A DNA stretch of 58,465 bases from Girardia tigrina (Eukaryota). The stretch is from positions 1-58,465 of the forward strand of contig MQRK01247064.1 in NCBI GenBank assembly GCA_001938485.1, read 5' to 3'. A program made the position numbers and the translations under genes. Below are positions 25,601 to 38,274 of this stretch, one piece after another (the first letter of the stretch is position 1; the number at the start of each line of letters is the position of its first letter). A model generated the notes under the pieces. The model worked only from the letters and a program-made list of their open reading frames with translations, was not told the DNA's origin and did no database searches.

Positions 25601-25753
25601 TGGACGATAATAATCAGAACAAAATAATCGATCAATTACTGAGTCATATGACCAATTAAGAATGAAATTATTATTAATAATTATTAAATTCAAAATTGAC
25701 TTTCAAACTCATTCTTCTTTCTTTTTTAATTTAATCAATTATATTTGTATTTC

Positions 25754-25862
25754 TATATATATATATATATATATATNNNNNNNNNNNNNNNNNNNNNNNN
25801 NNNNNNNNNNNNNNNNNNNNNNNNNNNNNNNNNNNNNATATATATATATATATATATATATA
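25754..25862. repeat. (TA)n microsatellite spanning an N gap
   Basis: TA runs on both sides of the gap. Confidence 0.9.
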
Positions 25863-26444
25863 ATTTTTATATATTACATGTACAAGCGACAACAAACAGT
25901 ATTGATTTGAATCATCTTTTGACAAGGAGAAAGAGAAAGAGAGGAATTTATAAATAATAAACACAACAATTTATCATTTAAATTTGAAACAAATATATTG
26001 CATAAGTTACCATTTATATTTATTTTTATTTCCAGTATTATTTATATTTGTTTTTAATAACTAATATCATTTATAGAGCAAGTGACATTTCATTTTATTT
26101 GAAATTTATTTTACTTTCTTAGATATCTAAAAAGACTTTTGAAAGTGAAAGAATCAAGAAAGAATAATGAAAGATCAAGAACATTTAAGATAAGTACAAT
26201 TTGATCCTTGCAACAGAAATTATAAGAATTAAAAAAAGGATAATTCTAAATTTCATAAACCTTATTAGATTCTGCTTCTGCTACATTGCATCAAATACTA
26301 AAAATGTTTGAAATAATCAGTTTGTTTTCCATTGTCTCAATACTGAAAAAGGAGTCTGTGTCCAATGTTTGAAAGAATAAAATAAATAACGATCTTATTT
26401 TTCATATAATTATTCCGATGATGACAAATGGTACAGAACAATGG

Positions 26445-26620
26445 TATTGAAAACACCACATTGTTGGATCTAAGCGGATTTGCATGTAAGCATCGGATAG
26501 ATCCAGAATTGCGAATTTATCACTCCTCCTTCTCCACTCTCGAAATTTTTCCATACAAGCATCGGAACACACACTGTGGACATCAATGTTCTTGTTCACT
26601 TCTCTAAAGTAGAACACCAG
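26445..26620 (-). mobile_element. LTR retrotransposon (Gypsy-like) reverse transcriptase fragment
   Basis: YFREVNK..CMEKFREWRR..FAILDLSDAYMQIRLD..WCFQ, containing RT motif A (LDL..AY.QI). Confidence 0.75.
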
Positions 26621-28399
26621 ATAAAACTATTTTACCAAGATAGAAATATCCTTCAACTAGAATTAGTTCTGAAGAAGCAACATTTGTGCTTCAAAAAGGA
26701 AGTATTAAAGAATAAATTCTTCAGTTAAATACTTCAAAAAGTAAGAAAACAACCATAGAAAAAAAGAAACTAAAAGTTTAAAAGTTAGATATTTTTTTAC
26801 ATTTCTTCCCTTAAACTTGTTTTCTTTTTTGAATGATCTCTTTTAGTTATTTGTAAAATAATAGTGATTATTATTATTTATTATCATTATTTGTTTTATG
26901 CTTTATATATGATTATGTTATAGTCTTAAATAAAAGATTAATAAGATAAATTATAAATATTTATTAACAAAAAAAACAATGTTTAAATAGTAATATTTAA
27001 ACAACATATAAATTCCTATTTTTTAATAATTTCTATTTTTTTATTCATTTTTTAATAATTATCATAAATGATAATATAACAGGTTACTATTATAAAAACT
27101 TTTGACTGAACCGAAACAATAATATAAAAATTGTCGTGATCATAATTATAAACAGATGTTTTTTCTTTCTGAAGCATAACGATTTTTACTTCGAAAAAAA
27201 ATATAAACGTATTGATAATTTTACTATTATCCATATGCAAATCATTTTGGTTTTTATGTCATACTCCCGGATTGTCAGAGTTAATATTGTTTATATCGTG
27301 AAACACTTTGATGTTAGACTACAGCAACAATGAATACGTTATTAACAATTTATAAACATTTTTATAGAATAATTCTATTATATTCAGATAGAACATTATT
27401 TAGCTTCCAAAATATTTAATAGTTAAATGAATACTAATTGATTAAGTAAAAATAATACAACAATCCACTCGATTAGTGGACTATTTAGTATTTCGTTATC
27501 ATATTAAAAATAAACAAGCAAAAAATTTGTTTTGAGTTTACTTTTTGAAAAATAATTATTATAATCTTTTTATAAAATCAAATTAAATAATTTAAGTGTC
27601 AATTTTCTAATTAAAATATGATTCTGTTGCGAATAATTTACACAATAAAAACATTGAGTAAATTTTTTTGCTTGAGAGTTGAAGCAAATTTTAAAAAAAT
27701 AAAGAAAATATTTCTTATTTATATTATGAATATTTCTTTTAAAATCTTTTTAGTTATAAAAATGTATTATAATTGAAAAATAACTTAATTAAATCGTTAT
27801 TTTGGATAAAAAAATTTTTTTATGTGAAAAATAAAAAGTTAAATATTATTAAAAAAAGAATTTTGTTTAAAATAAATCGATTTGACCGCTTTTTTTGTGT
27901 TGTGGTTTTATTTGATGAAATTCATTATTCATTTATCATTTATCGTTGTGTTTGTACAAAAATAGAGTTGAATTGCAAGCGTAAACAATTCGATTTATTT
28001 TATCAATAGGGGTTCAATATTGAGAGATACCGAGACATAATATTTGGTGATACAGACAGAGACTAAGAGTGACGATGAGAGGTGTAAATAATTAAATTAC
28101 CGAAAAATGATGTATCATTTGGCTCGCCGATTGTTCTGCTTATTCAGATACCGTAACAGGTGTTAAGGGTCGTAGGACACTACACAACGGTATTTAACAT
28201 GAACTCGCTGAAGCTTTGACAGACCGTGCTGGCGAACATCAAGATTATCCAGGCTGTCAAGAACATTGACTTCACAGTTCCGTCATCAATTGGACAGCGG
28301 AGGCCGCTAGGGTTCACAGATTATTTACGGGTGCAGTGGCTACATTAATTGTGTTAGTCCAATGAACTGATCGATGGTACGACCAGTCGAGAGTAATAC

Positions 28400-28672
28400 A
28401 TGACATTCAAGTTATTCGAAAACCATCAAACATGATCGTTGTAGAGTACATGATCGAATAATTTTTAATCAGAGGTCTCACCGTAAAAATCGTTGATCGA
28501 TTTGTCAATATGCACAATCTGAAATCAATCTGAACAGAGAAGTTGCCACCAAAGCATAGGAATGGACCACAAGATTCGAATGCCCGATATTGCTTCACCA
28601 CAATGCCAAACCTCATGTTGCAAAACCGGTCATAAATACAATAACAGAACTGAACTGGTAAATCTTACCCCT
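28400..28672 (+). mobile_element. mariner catalytic-domain fragment
   Basis: ILLHHNAKPHVAKPVINTITELNW*ILP, matching the HDNARPH..W..LPHP motif. Confidence 0.7.
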
Positions 28673-28684
28673 ATAAATTAACAG

Positions 28685-29275
28685 TTAACCGTAATGCAGC
28701 TTAAGAAGTATGAAATATTAATGGAATATGAGGCAACTGAATTGTAAAACAATGTACGACTCAGCATTAGTATAAAAAGTTTTTCTTCGGGAATACTAGC
28801 ATCGAAGATGAATGTAATGGTAGTCACCCATACGCAATAGACATAGACCAATTGATTGTGCTGGTAGACACCGATAACTGTACGAATGTTTAGGCGCTTG
28901 TAGAAGAGCTGAACGTTAATATCTCAAATTTTGCTCATCATTTAAAGTAAATTAGCAAGTCAAAAAAGGTCAAAAACTTTTTACTTACGAAATGAACGAA
29001 AATAAAATAGTCTTTTTGAAGCGTCTTTTCTTCCACGCAATAAAGACGACTTTTTCTTGATGGGATCGAAATGTGCGGTATAAAGTGGATTCCTAAAGAC
29101 AACCTACGACGTTTGGCTCATTAGTTTGACTACAAAGATGCTCTGCAGCATTTCCCAAAGCCAAATTGCGTGACAAAAAGAAGAATCTGATATTTGTTTG
29201 GTAGTGTACGTCTGGTTTCATTTTCCACAGCTTTCTAAATCAGGGTGAAGCGATTTGAACAGATAATATTATCCG
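28685..29275 (+). mobile_element. heavily decayed mariner related to the 55810-57002 copy
   Basis: NAA..NIN.., SGNTSIEDE, ALVEELNV and later KWI..DN..R motifs, with many stops. Confidence 0.7.
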
Positions 29276-29688
29276 GCTTATTAGAAAACTTCCATTCTAT
29301 ATGGATTTTTTTATTTAAATACGTTTAACATTATTAATTTTTTTTTATTTAAGATAAAATATTTTACTAAATAATAGACACAAACATTTCGTAGACTTGA
29401 CGTGTGTCAATGGAAAATCAATATTATTTAATATTTATGCCTTAAAACCAATATAAAATGATTAATTAAAAATAAATGTGTAAAAAATAATATTATTTAT
29501 TTTTCAAATAATTATTTAAATTTAATTTTTTCAAATTGTATTAAACAGACTTATTTTTTCATATTAATTTGCTATTTTTTAATATTACATTTTTATTTCT
29601 TCATATTAAATTTATATTTCTTTCGTGTTAAGTTGATAATTTTTAATATTGGTAATTAATTCGACAATTACACAAATTCTGCATTAAG

Positions 29689-29690
<2 letters not shown>

Positions 29691-29732
<42 letters not shown>
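29691..29732. repeat. (AT)n microsatellite
   Basis: Pure dinucleotide run. Confidence 0.95.
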
Positions 29733-29734
<2 letters not shown>

Positions 29735-30926
29735 TCAAATCTTTTTTAATTCATACGAGGTTCATTGTTTCTTTAATTCAAATTACTAAATTAAATGTCT
29801 ATTTATTTACTTTTGACAAATTTTAAGATAATAAATGAATTTATTAGGCATATTTCAGGCATCAATATTTTGTCAATATTTTCCACTTGAAAGATCCAAA
29901 TATGAAGCAATTAATTAAAAAAAACATTTAAGAAAAATTGTATATAAAAAATCGTGATAAAAAACATTTACTTTAATAATTATTGTGAAAATTTTTGTAT
30001 AAAATTACCATCGACAAAAAAATTGTTTAAATATATCAATTAAATTTAATTTACAAACAAAAATATTTTGAAATAAAAGATTTGAAAGTAAACATAGCTC
30101 GTTTCTGAAATTGGCTGAGATATTTTGAAATTTTCTAAAAGATATGCCTAATTTTAGTGATCAAAATTTCTACCACTTACCTCCCTTTATTAATGTAAAA
30201 TTTATCATTTAAATTCAAGCATTTCAAATTAATAAAATCTGACTATTAAAACGGAAAAAATTAAAAAAAAGGATATTCCAACATTTTATAACACAATGTC
30301 AATTTATCAAATATTATTAAAAAATAATAATAATTAATTATTTGACGGGAGTGAAAAGTTTTAATTACCATTTAAAACAAACATTTCGTTTCATATTAAC
30401 ATATAATGACAAAGATGAATAAAAAAATCAATTTTAAAAATGAACAAAAAAATTTAAGAAAAATAAAGTTGTAAATAATCAATAGAAAGCGAACAAAAAT
30501 AATTTAAATAATTTAACAATACTAAATTACAGTTAACTGGTAAAAAACGAGAAAAACCTCGATAAATAATTTACAAGTAAAGAAAAGAATACGAATGATT
30601 GATCATAATGAAATAATAATGAAGGAAAGACTGAACAGAGTATTGTTCCATTTTCTGAACAACTCTCCCAACAATGGCAATGAATTGGGAAACACAATGT
30701 GGAAGATACGCTGTCAATTACGACTACAAATTCCGTATTATACTTTCTACTAAATCTACAATTAAATATGTATGTATGCTGCTGCCAAAAGAAAAAAAAT
30801 TCCATGCACCTTTATTTTTTTTAAAAAGAATATTCATTCATAACTAATTTGTTTATTAATATAATTGTATTTTGAATAATTAAAAAGACCATTTCCTTTT
30901 AAATAACCGACTTTAATTAGAGTATT

Positions 30927-31520
30927 CTTGAAGCGTAAGAGAACTCACATTTTCTTTTTAGAACACTAATGTGATTTCTAATACATTTATTGACATCAAA
31001 ACTCGAATTGCCTCCATAACAATTCTCTACAAAACTTTTTTTGTTAAAAATCGTTCTTAGTTCTTAAATCGTTCTTAATTCTATTTCTCAACCTTCAATT
31101 ATTCGAACAAATTTAAATTACAATTCCTTACTGAAATATTTTTGAAATTATTTTCAAAAATATTTAAATCATTTTAAATATCTTATTTATGACAAAATAA
31201 ATCTTTAAGTTACAATTCACTACTAGAAATTTTTAAAATCACGTTTAAATAAATTTTAAATATTTTGATTAAAATATTATTATATATTTATTGATAAAAA
31301 TATATTAATTTAATTATAAAGTTGTTATTTACATTTTAAAATTGTCCGAATAATTCGACGGTTCAAAACATAGAAAATATCAATCTTCCATTTGGATGTG
31401 TGAAAAAAAATCCTAAAAACTGTATACCAATCACAATATCCAATACACACCATTAGAAAATATTCCTCATACATTGCTTATAACTTTCATTACAAATACA
31501 ATTAGGATCATCTGTAAGAT
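30927..31520. repeat. repeated bidirectional unit, copy D (most diverged)
   Basis: Minus arm KSFVENCYGGNSSFDVNKCIRNHISVLKRK followed by a GTGAGT donor (30943-30948). Plus arm NINLPFGCVKK..AAAATATTCCTCA at 31370-31480. Confidence 0.6.
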
Positions 31521-31557
31521 AATCTGAAATAAATTCACAAAGATCATTCGAATTGAA

Positions 31558-33552
31558 CAGTGATCGTCAACCTGGTCCCTATCGCCCACCAGTGAGCATT
31601 ACGGAGTATTTGGTTGGCGGTAGGATATTTACTGATAAAAATTCTTTTCCTATTAGTTCAAAATAATTTTTAAAACAATATATTGTCAAAAATATTATTT
31701 AAAAACATTTGATTTATCAAGCATATTCCATTTCTTCTTTTCAGATATACGCTTTTTTAATGTACAATGATTCAAAGCTATAAAAAGACTTGTATAATGT
31801 GTGCGGATTATTTGCTATTGTATTCATCGCCCAACTTACAGGGTGCGGCAGCTATTTGAGAACAAAATGACATAAAGTTCAAAAAATGAATATACAACAG
31901 AAAAATAACATTTATTACAATTTAAAATTTTACATATATTAACACGTACANNNNNNNNNNNNNNNNNNNNNNNNNNNNNNNNNNNNNNNNNNNNNNNNNN
32001 NNNNNNNNNNNNNNNNNNNNNNNNNNNNNNNNNNNNNNNNNNNNNNNNNNNNNNNNNNNNNNNNNNNNNNNNNNNNNNNNNNNNNNNNNNNNNNNNNNNN
32101 NNNNNNNNNNNNNNNNNNNNNNNNNNNNNNNNNNNNNNNNNNNNNNNNNNNNNNNNNNNNNNNNNNNNNNNNNNNNNNNNNNNNNNNNNNNNNNNNNNNN
32201 NNNNNNNNNNNNNNNNNNNNNNNNNNNNNNNNNNNNNNNNNNNNNNNNNNNNNNNNNNNNNNNNNNNNNNNNNNNNNNNNNNNNNNNNNNNNNNNNNNNN
32301 NNNNNNNNNNNNNNNNNNNNNNNNNNNNNNNNNNNNNNNNNNNNNNNNNNNNNNNNNNNNNNNNNNNNNNNNNNNNNNNNNNNNNNNNNNNNNNNNNNNN
32401 NNNNNNNNNNNNNNNNNNNNNNNNNNNNNNNNNNNNNNNNNNNNNNNNNNNNNNNNNNNNNNNNNNNNNNNNNNNNNNNNNNNNNNNNNNNNNNNNNNNN
32501 NNNNNNNNNNNNNNNNNNNNNNNNNNNNNNNNNNNNNNNNNNNNNNNNNNNNNNNNNNNNNNNNNNNNNNNNNNNNNNNNNNNNNNNNNNNNNNNNNNNN
32601 NNNNNNNNNNNNNNNNNNNNNNNNNNNNNNNNNNNNNNNNNNNNNNNNNNNNNNNNNNNNNNNNNNNNNNNNNNNNNNNNNNNNNNNNNNNNNNNNNNNN
32701 NNNNNNNNNNNNNNNNNNNNNNNNNNNNNNNNNNNNNNNNNNNNNNNNNNNNNNNNNNNNNNNNNNNNNNNNNNNNNNNNNNNNNNNNNNNNNNNNNNNN
32801 NNNNNNNNNNNNNNNNNNNNNNNNNNNNNNNNNNNNNNNNNNNNNNNNNNNNNNNNNNNNNNNNNNNNNNNNNNNNNNNNNNNNNNNNNNNNATTCGTAA
32901 GAGTAGCTTCTGCCATGTCTACCAGCAAAAATAAAATTATGTAATTATAACACACAAAAATATATGGTGTCTATATTACGTGTTCTCAAATAGCTGCCGC
33001 ACCCTGTATTATTGGTGCAAGTGTTTACTGCTTCTTTTTATTTATATAAATATGAATTTTTACTAAACGTCACACAAAAGGAGTTTTTTGTACGATCCAG
33101 TTTAATTGATTAAACAACTTACAGAAATTTAATACGAAATGTACTCCGAATTTCGCTTTTTTCCTATGCACACTTTAAATTTTAAGAAATATTTAACTTA
33201 GCATCATCAATCTCAAAGAAGTCACTAATAATTCAAAAGGTCAATTAGATTTAATTTTTATTTCAAAGAATAAGTAAATTAATATAGAAATATGTGTTTT
33301 ATCATTAGTTTTTTTTAAGTAGAGGACATGTAATACAGTCATGATGCAGTATGATGTTATATACTTTTTCTACTGTACTAAAATATTGTATTTGTATGCT
33401 TTAATTTTGTGCAGCTCTACTTTATAAATTGACTAAACCTGCCTACTTAATCAATTATGAATACTGTAGAAGAGGTGGGTGGTAAGAATATTTTACTACA
33501 GATGAAAGTGAAAAAAAGTGGGCGGTAGGTATGAAAAGGTTCAAAATCCTAA
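31558..33552. mobile_element. hAT (Buster/Charlie-type) non-autonomous element carrying a nested insertion
   Basis: Left end CAGTGATCGTCAACCTGGTCCCTATCGCCCAC; right end GTGGGCGGTAGGTATGAAAAGGTT; repeated GGCGGTAGG subterminal motif. The right tip is eroded. Confidence 0.75.
31839..33006 (-). mobile_element. young Tc1/mariner-superfamily element (interior in N gap)
   Basis: Perfect 26-bp TIR CAGGGTGCGGCAGCTATTTGAGAACA with TA on both sides. A minus-strand start MAEATLTN runs into the gap. Confidence 0.9.
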
Positions 33553-33589
33553 AATAAAATAAAAGTAATTTAAAATTATCTGAATCAAA

Positions 33590-33845
33590 ATTTCTCAAGA
33601 ATCTTATTGCTCGAAATTTAATGAATTTAATTATTTAAAAAAAATATTAATTTGATTTATTCATTTGAAAAATTTAAAATTAAATTATTCAAATTAAATA
33701 CAAAATAAAATTAAATTAGTCTCAGATAATAAGAATTAAAATATTAATCATCCGTCTTGGTAGGAGAGACACAATACAAAACCAACAGACAACATTCCAA
33801 TACAAAAAAAACATCAAACCGCGAAATTTTTCTCACGAGGTTTAT
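33590..33845 (+). repeat. repeated bidirectional unit, copy B (spacer plus right arm only)
   Basis: TCAGATAATAAGAATTAAAATATTAATC..GGTAGGAGAGACACA matches 6798-6846; the spacer matches 6645-6720. Confidence 0.8.
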
Positions 33846-34829
33846 AAAAAATACTAATAAAATAAAGTGAATATATAATGGTTAAATGTGATCAATATTT
33901 TTTTCTGTTTTTTTTCTTTACACTTATAATTATCAACATACATCTAAAGTATTATTGTACCATTTATTCTATTAATGGATTTGAATTTTTCCAAATTTTT
34001 ATATCTATTATTTCTATGGCACATAAAATAGAAACGGATATAAAGTTGAATAGTTCTATAGAAATGGAACACGCAATAATTCTCGAAAGGGAAATCATTG
34101 TGTTGATTGGAAAAAATTGGCTTCCAAAAATGTCAGTGGTGTTATTTTGGAATTGTAATTTTAAACATTAATAAAGTAATTAAAAACTGGAGTTTTTTTG
34201 CTGCTTTTGATGTTATTGATTTTGTAATGATAAACATTTGTTCTTTCCTTTCTTTTCAGTTTAAATATTCATTTTTTTGTGGTTTTTTATCTGATAAATT
34301 TTATTTTAACTATTAGATATTTTTTTGTTTAATTTAACAATTCATTGAAATTTTATGTGAATATTTTGTTTGGAATTTTTAGATTTTATTTTCTAAAAAA
34401 GATTATATAAAAAAAATAAAATATCAAATTTAAAAGTACTATTATGATAAAGTTAAAATTATAAAAAAATAATACTATTTTGATTAATTATTATTAACTA
34501 TGGACGTGTGGCTATATCAAAACATAACAGAAAAAATATTTTTTATTTTTAATTGCAAAAAAATAAAATATTTAATTTCTTTTTGGTGAATTTTATAATT
34601 AATAATTATAAAAAATAAAATCATTTAATTTAATTTTTGTTTTGATAATTGAATTAATAAATATTTTATTAATTAATAAAAGATATCAAAACAATTATTG
34701 CTTTAGAAAGGACCAGATTTAACGTTTAGTACAAGATTGCTGGTCGAAAAAATGATTGATAATAAATGTTTTTATATTATCTATTTTTGTCATTAAATTG
34801 TCAAAGTATAGTACAAAGAGAAGAAACAG

Positions 34830-35250
34830 AAAGACGTACCCTTTGAACTTTGAACTTTAACGCGGAACATGATATGCCAGTGTCTGTCAGTGTAACTGAT
34901 GAGGACTGTCCAAGTGTAATACCTAGAGTGGTGCTGAATTTTTGGCTGTATAATATAACGGATAAGGAAATGTTTGATGGTCCAATTCCCCATTGCACTA
35001 AGTGCGTATATACAGCCAAAAGTCTCCTGAATCACGGAACGAAGAAACATGACTGGTCATTTTTCAGAAGGAAGCCGAAGCGTGCCCGTGCATTGAAAGC
35101 TCGGACTCTTGCATCTGAAACCGTGTGAGAGGATCTGCAAACTTTGTATTTGTCAAATGGTTTCTACCCGATACACTACCCTGTGCGCCAATGCTGAGTA
35201 TATTTTGTAATATGCAGTTTTCCGTAATAGTAATGGAGGCTTATTAAAGT
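34830..35250 (+). mobile_element. 3' end of a C2H2 zinc-finger-tailed LINE (RTE-like), copy 1
   Basis: PIPHCTKCVYTAKSLLNHGTKKHDWSF..KPKRARALK. Nucleotide homology to 40745-41210 continues past the stop codon. Confidence 0.6.
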
Positions 35251-35346
35251 TTATTGAATTACTAAGAAGTAGTAATTTTCATTTTGCTGATAATTTAAGA
35301 TTCGGATACCAGATACATCTAAAAGAGAATTAAGGATCGGATAGAT

Positions 35347-36669
35347 CAGGAGTGGCCAACCCGCGGCCCATGAGCCGCATGCTGCCCATTTGAAAACTAT
35401 TGCGGCCCAATATAAGTTTTAATCTGTCTATATTATTGTAACTGTTAAAATTTCCAAATTAATTTTGTTAAAAGGACTCAAATTTTTACAAATTATTATT
35501 AAAGTTTGGATTATTTTCTGAATAATCCGTAGTAATACTTTCATACATCAATATCGTTCTTGATTGAAAATAAATTAAGTGTCCTTTTAACTCTTCTTAT
35601 TCGAACAAACTTTTTCACTAAAATATATAATAGATTATTCGTTTTAATAATAATAATTTAAATATGAAATTCAAGTCAAAGACACAACATACAGAATGTT
35701 TCAATATATTCCTCAAAATTATGAATCAAATCAAAAGTTCAATAGATTTTGGAATTTTTATTTGCCATTATTTTTGTACCTCGAGAATCTATGTGCAAAA
35801 GTGTTGAATATGTCTCGTGTTATGACAATTGTTGTCAAGGTAATTAATTCATTTAAAAACGGTTCATTGATACATCTTCAATTTCAACAATATCTTAGTG
35901 AACTCGAATCTAAATATGGTGATCTTTTTTTTCATACTAAAATTCGGTGGTTAAGTCGTGGACTCTGCTTATTGCATTTTTATAAATTAAGAATAGAAAT
36001 TAAAACTTTCATGACCAATAGTGGCTATAACATAAATGAACTTTCCGATGATCAGTGACTTCTAGATTTATGTTTTCTAACTGATATAGCAATCAAACTG
36101 AATGAACTACATCAAACATTACAAGGTGAAAATAATTTGATTATCGATTGTTATAAAAATATAAAATCATTTGTACAAATCTTCAGCTTTATGAAAATCA
36201 ATTACGATCAAACAATTCTGTACATTTCCTCCATTAAATGTAGAGGTGCAATCAGCGTCTCCAAATTTACAAACGGACTTCATAGAATTACAATTAAGCA
36301 TCGAGTTAAAATGAATGTCCGATGGGTCATAAGATTGATTTTTATCAGAAATACATTTACGAAGATAATATCCAAATTTAAAACGATTGGTAATGTGCAT
36401 ACATCAGAATTTGGAACTACTTATTTCCGCAAATCATTTTTTTTAGCAAATTAAACCTGGTAAAAATTTGACCAATCAACTACAATGTGCGTCGACTAAA
36501 TTATCCGTTGATATTTAAAAATCTCAAGTGATATACAAAAACTAGTGTCACATTCATTGTACGATAATAAAATATTTTGAATAATTTCTTGTTTTATTAT
36601 TTTATGTGCGGCTCACCTCAGCTCAATTTTGTTTTTAGCCCACCAAACGATTTCGGTTGGGCACCCCTG
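35347..36669 (+). mobile_element. hAT Buster/SPIN (GTF2IRD2-like) deleted element
   Basis: TIRs CAGGAGTGGCCAACC / GGTTGGGCACCCCTG with TSD GGATAGAT/AGATAGAT. Protein reads ENLCAK..VVKVIN..YGDLFFHTKIRWLSRG..LDLCFLTDI..LNEL..LQG. Confidence 0.93.
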
Positions 36670-36689
36670 AGATAGATACGTATTTACTT

Positions 36690-37190
36690 TTTCACACTGG
36701 CTCTCAGTAAGTAAAAACTATGTAACCGAAAACTCGACATGACCAACCGAAATGGAATGATCAAAGAATTGATTGGACAATGTAAAATATATCAGAAAAC
36801 TAAAAGGAAAAAGAATGAAGGTAATCACAAACGAACTACTGGAGAAGCTTTAAATAGACGTATGCGGAAAACTAAATAAAACTTGAAGAAAGAAAGATAT
36901 GTTATGGGAATCATTGATCAGTTTAATAAGTACATTTTCTTACAACCCTTGGCAAGAAGAATGAAACAACTATAAAGATAATATTATAACAAAACGAATG
37001 TTGAGATTTGATTCACCATACGAATTTATTGAAAATTTAGGAATTCAAAACAATATAAAATGTGATAGCATCAATCATTACAATAAAGTGTTATTCGAGC
37101 CCAAACATCAAAATTCTAATGAAACAACAAAAAGACAATTTTAGACTATCATAGAATATCTAAGTGTAACGCTAAGAGAAAACAATTAAT
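36690..37190 (+). mobile_element. Gypsy-like integrase relic
   Basis: RYVMGIIDQFNKYIFLQPL, LRFDSP and QNSNE..RQF.TI fragments, with many stops. Confidence 0.6.
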
Positions 37191-37399
37191 TTCAAAAACC
37201 TTTGAAATATAATTCTAAAAATTACATTATCATGATAGTTTCCTTAAATACCAAAAATGAACTAAAATATTGTTTTTCAGTGATACTAATACTAAACTTT
37301 ATTGTATGATGTTTTGTAATTAAATAGACGCAAATGATTTGTTTTTTTTATTAAAATATTTTGAATCTATCTACGCTTAAGTGCAATAAAAAGTTTTGC

Positions 37400-38110
37400 C
37401 AGGAAAGTTTTCATAACCTTTTCTTTCCTATTTCTTGAGTAGTGGATGAAATTTATTCAGAATGTGTACAAATTTCGCAAAAAATAGATTTTATTTTTGT
37501 TTATTTTGGATATTGCAGGTGCGATTTAAATTTATAAGCTCTTTTTGTTTGTAAGCACTGGTCAACCATACTCTTCTTGTGATATCATTTACCAAACATT
37601 TTTCATAATATTCAAGTCTAGATTTCTAGCAGGTTTATTATTTTAATAATACTTTTTTTTGAAAAAGTTCATCTTCAAATGAGAAACATTAAACAAAAAA
37701 TAATCTTGCTGGAATTAGATATGGGCATGAAGGGTTTAGTTTTATGACAGGCACATCAATGTTTTATAGTACCTCTATATATTTTTCAGAATATATCTAT
37801 TCGTCTGTTGTTTAGATCAAAATGTCACCACAAGGAGGAAAAATATCATGAATTATCATCCCACCATAACTTGCTTACCGTTTTGGTCGGGAGATTTCGA
37901 CCTTATTTCTTGAATAGAACAATGTAAATTGAATATTTTTCGTAAGAAAAAACCAATTTGTAAAACCAATTTTCAGTTCGGCTTTGTTTATAGAATCCAT
38001 TATGTTTCCAAAATACAGTGTACTGTTCTTAATGGTACATTCTCAATAGCGATTCATTCTTTATTCCTTGTTGCTAGCTTTACAACTAGAGTGATTCCTT
38101 TTCTCTACTT
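37400..38110 (-). mobile_element. decayed Tc1-like (DD34E) transposase
   Basis: Minus strand PARNLDLNIMKNVW (SPDLNPIEN-like), an FQQD-like motif and GGMII..IF.P.G. Confidence 0.65.
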
Positions 38111-38216
38111 AACATTTTATTTAACACAATGACTGCTGTTGACATCATGCACCGAATGTCTGCTACGCGCGCTACGCGTGGGACAAAACAGATCGAACAT
38201 TGTTGCCTTTTTAGCA

Positions 38217-38274
38217 TTTAACACAGTGAATGCTGAGTACGAGATATCTCGTACTCAGCATTCAATGTGTTAAA
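38217..38274. repeat. 58-bp near-perfect palindrome capped by TTAA, probable minimal piggyBac-type MITE
   Basis: TTTAACACAGTGAATGCTGAGTACGAGAT|ATCTCGTACTCAGCATTCAATGTGTTAAA, with one mismatched pair. Confidence 0.9.

Noticed and set aside
31939-32955. Long ORFs made mostly of X (also 25662-25964 and 39504-39872)
   Set aside because: Artefacts of translating N gaps and TA microsatellites.
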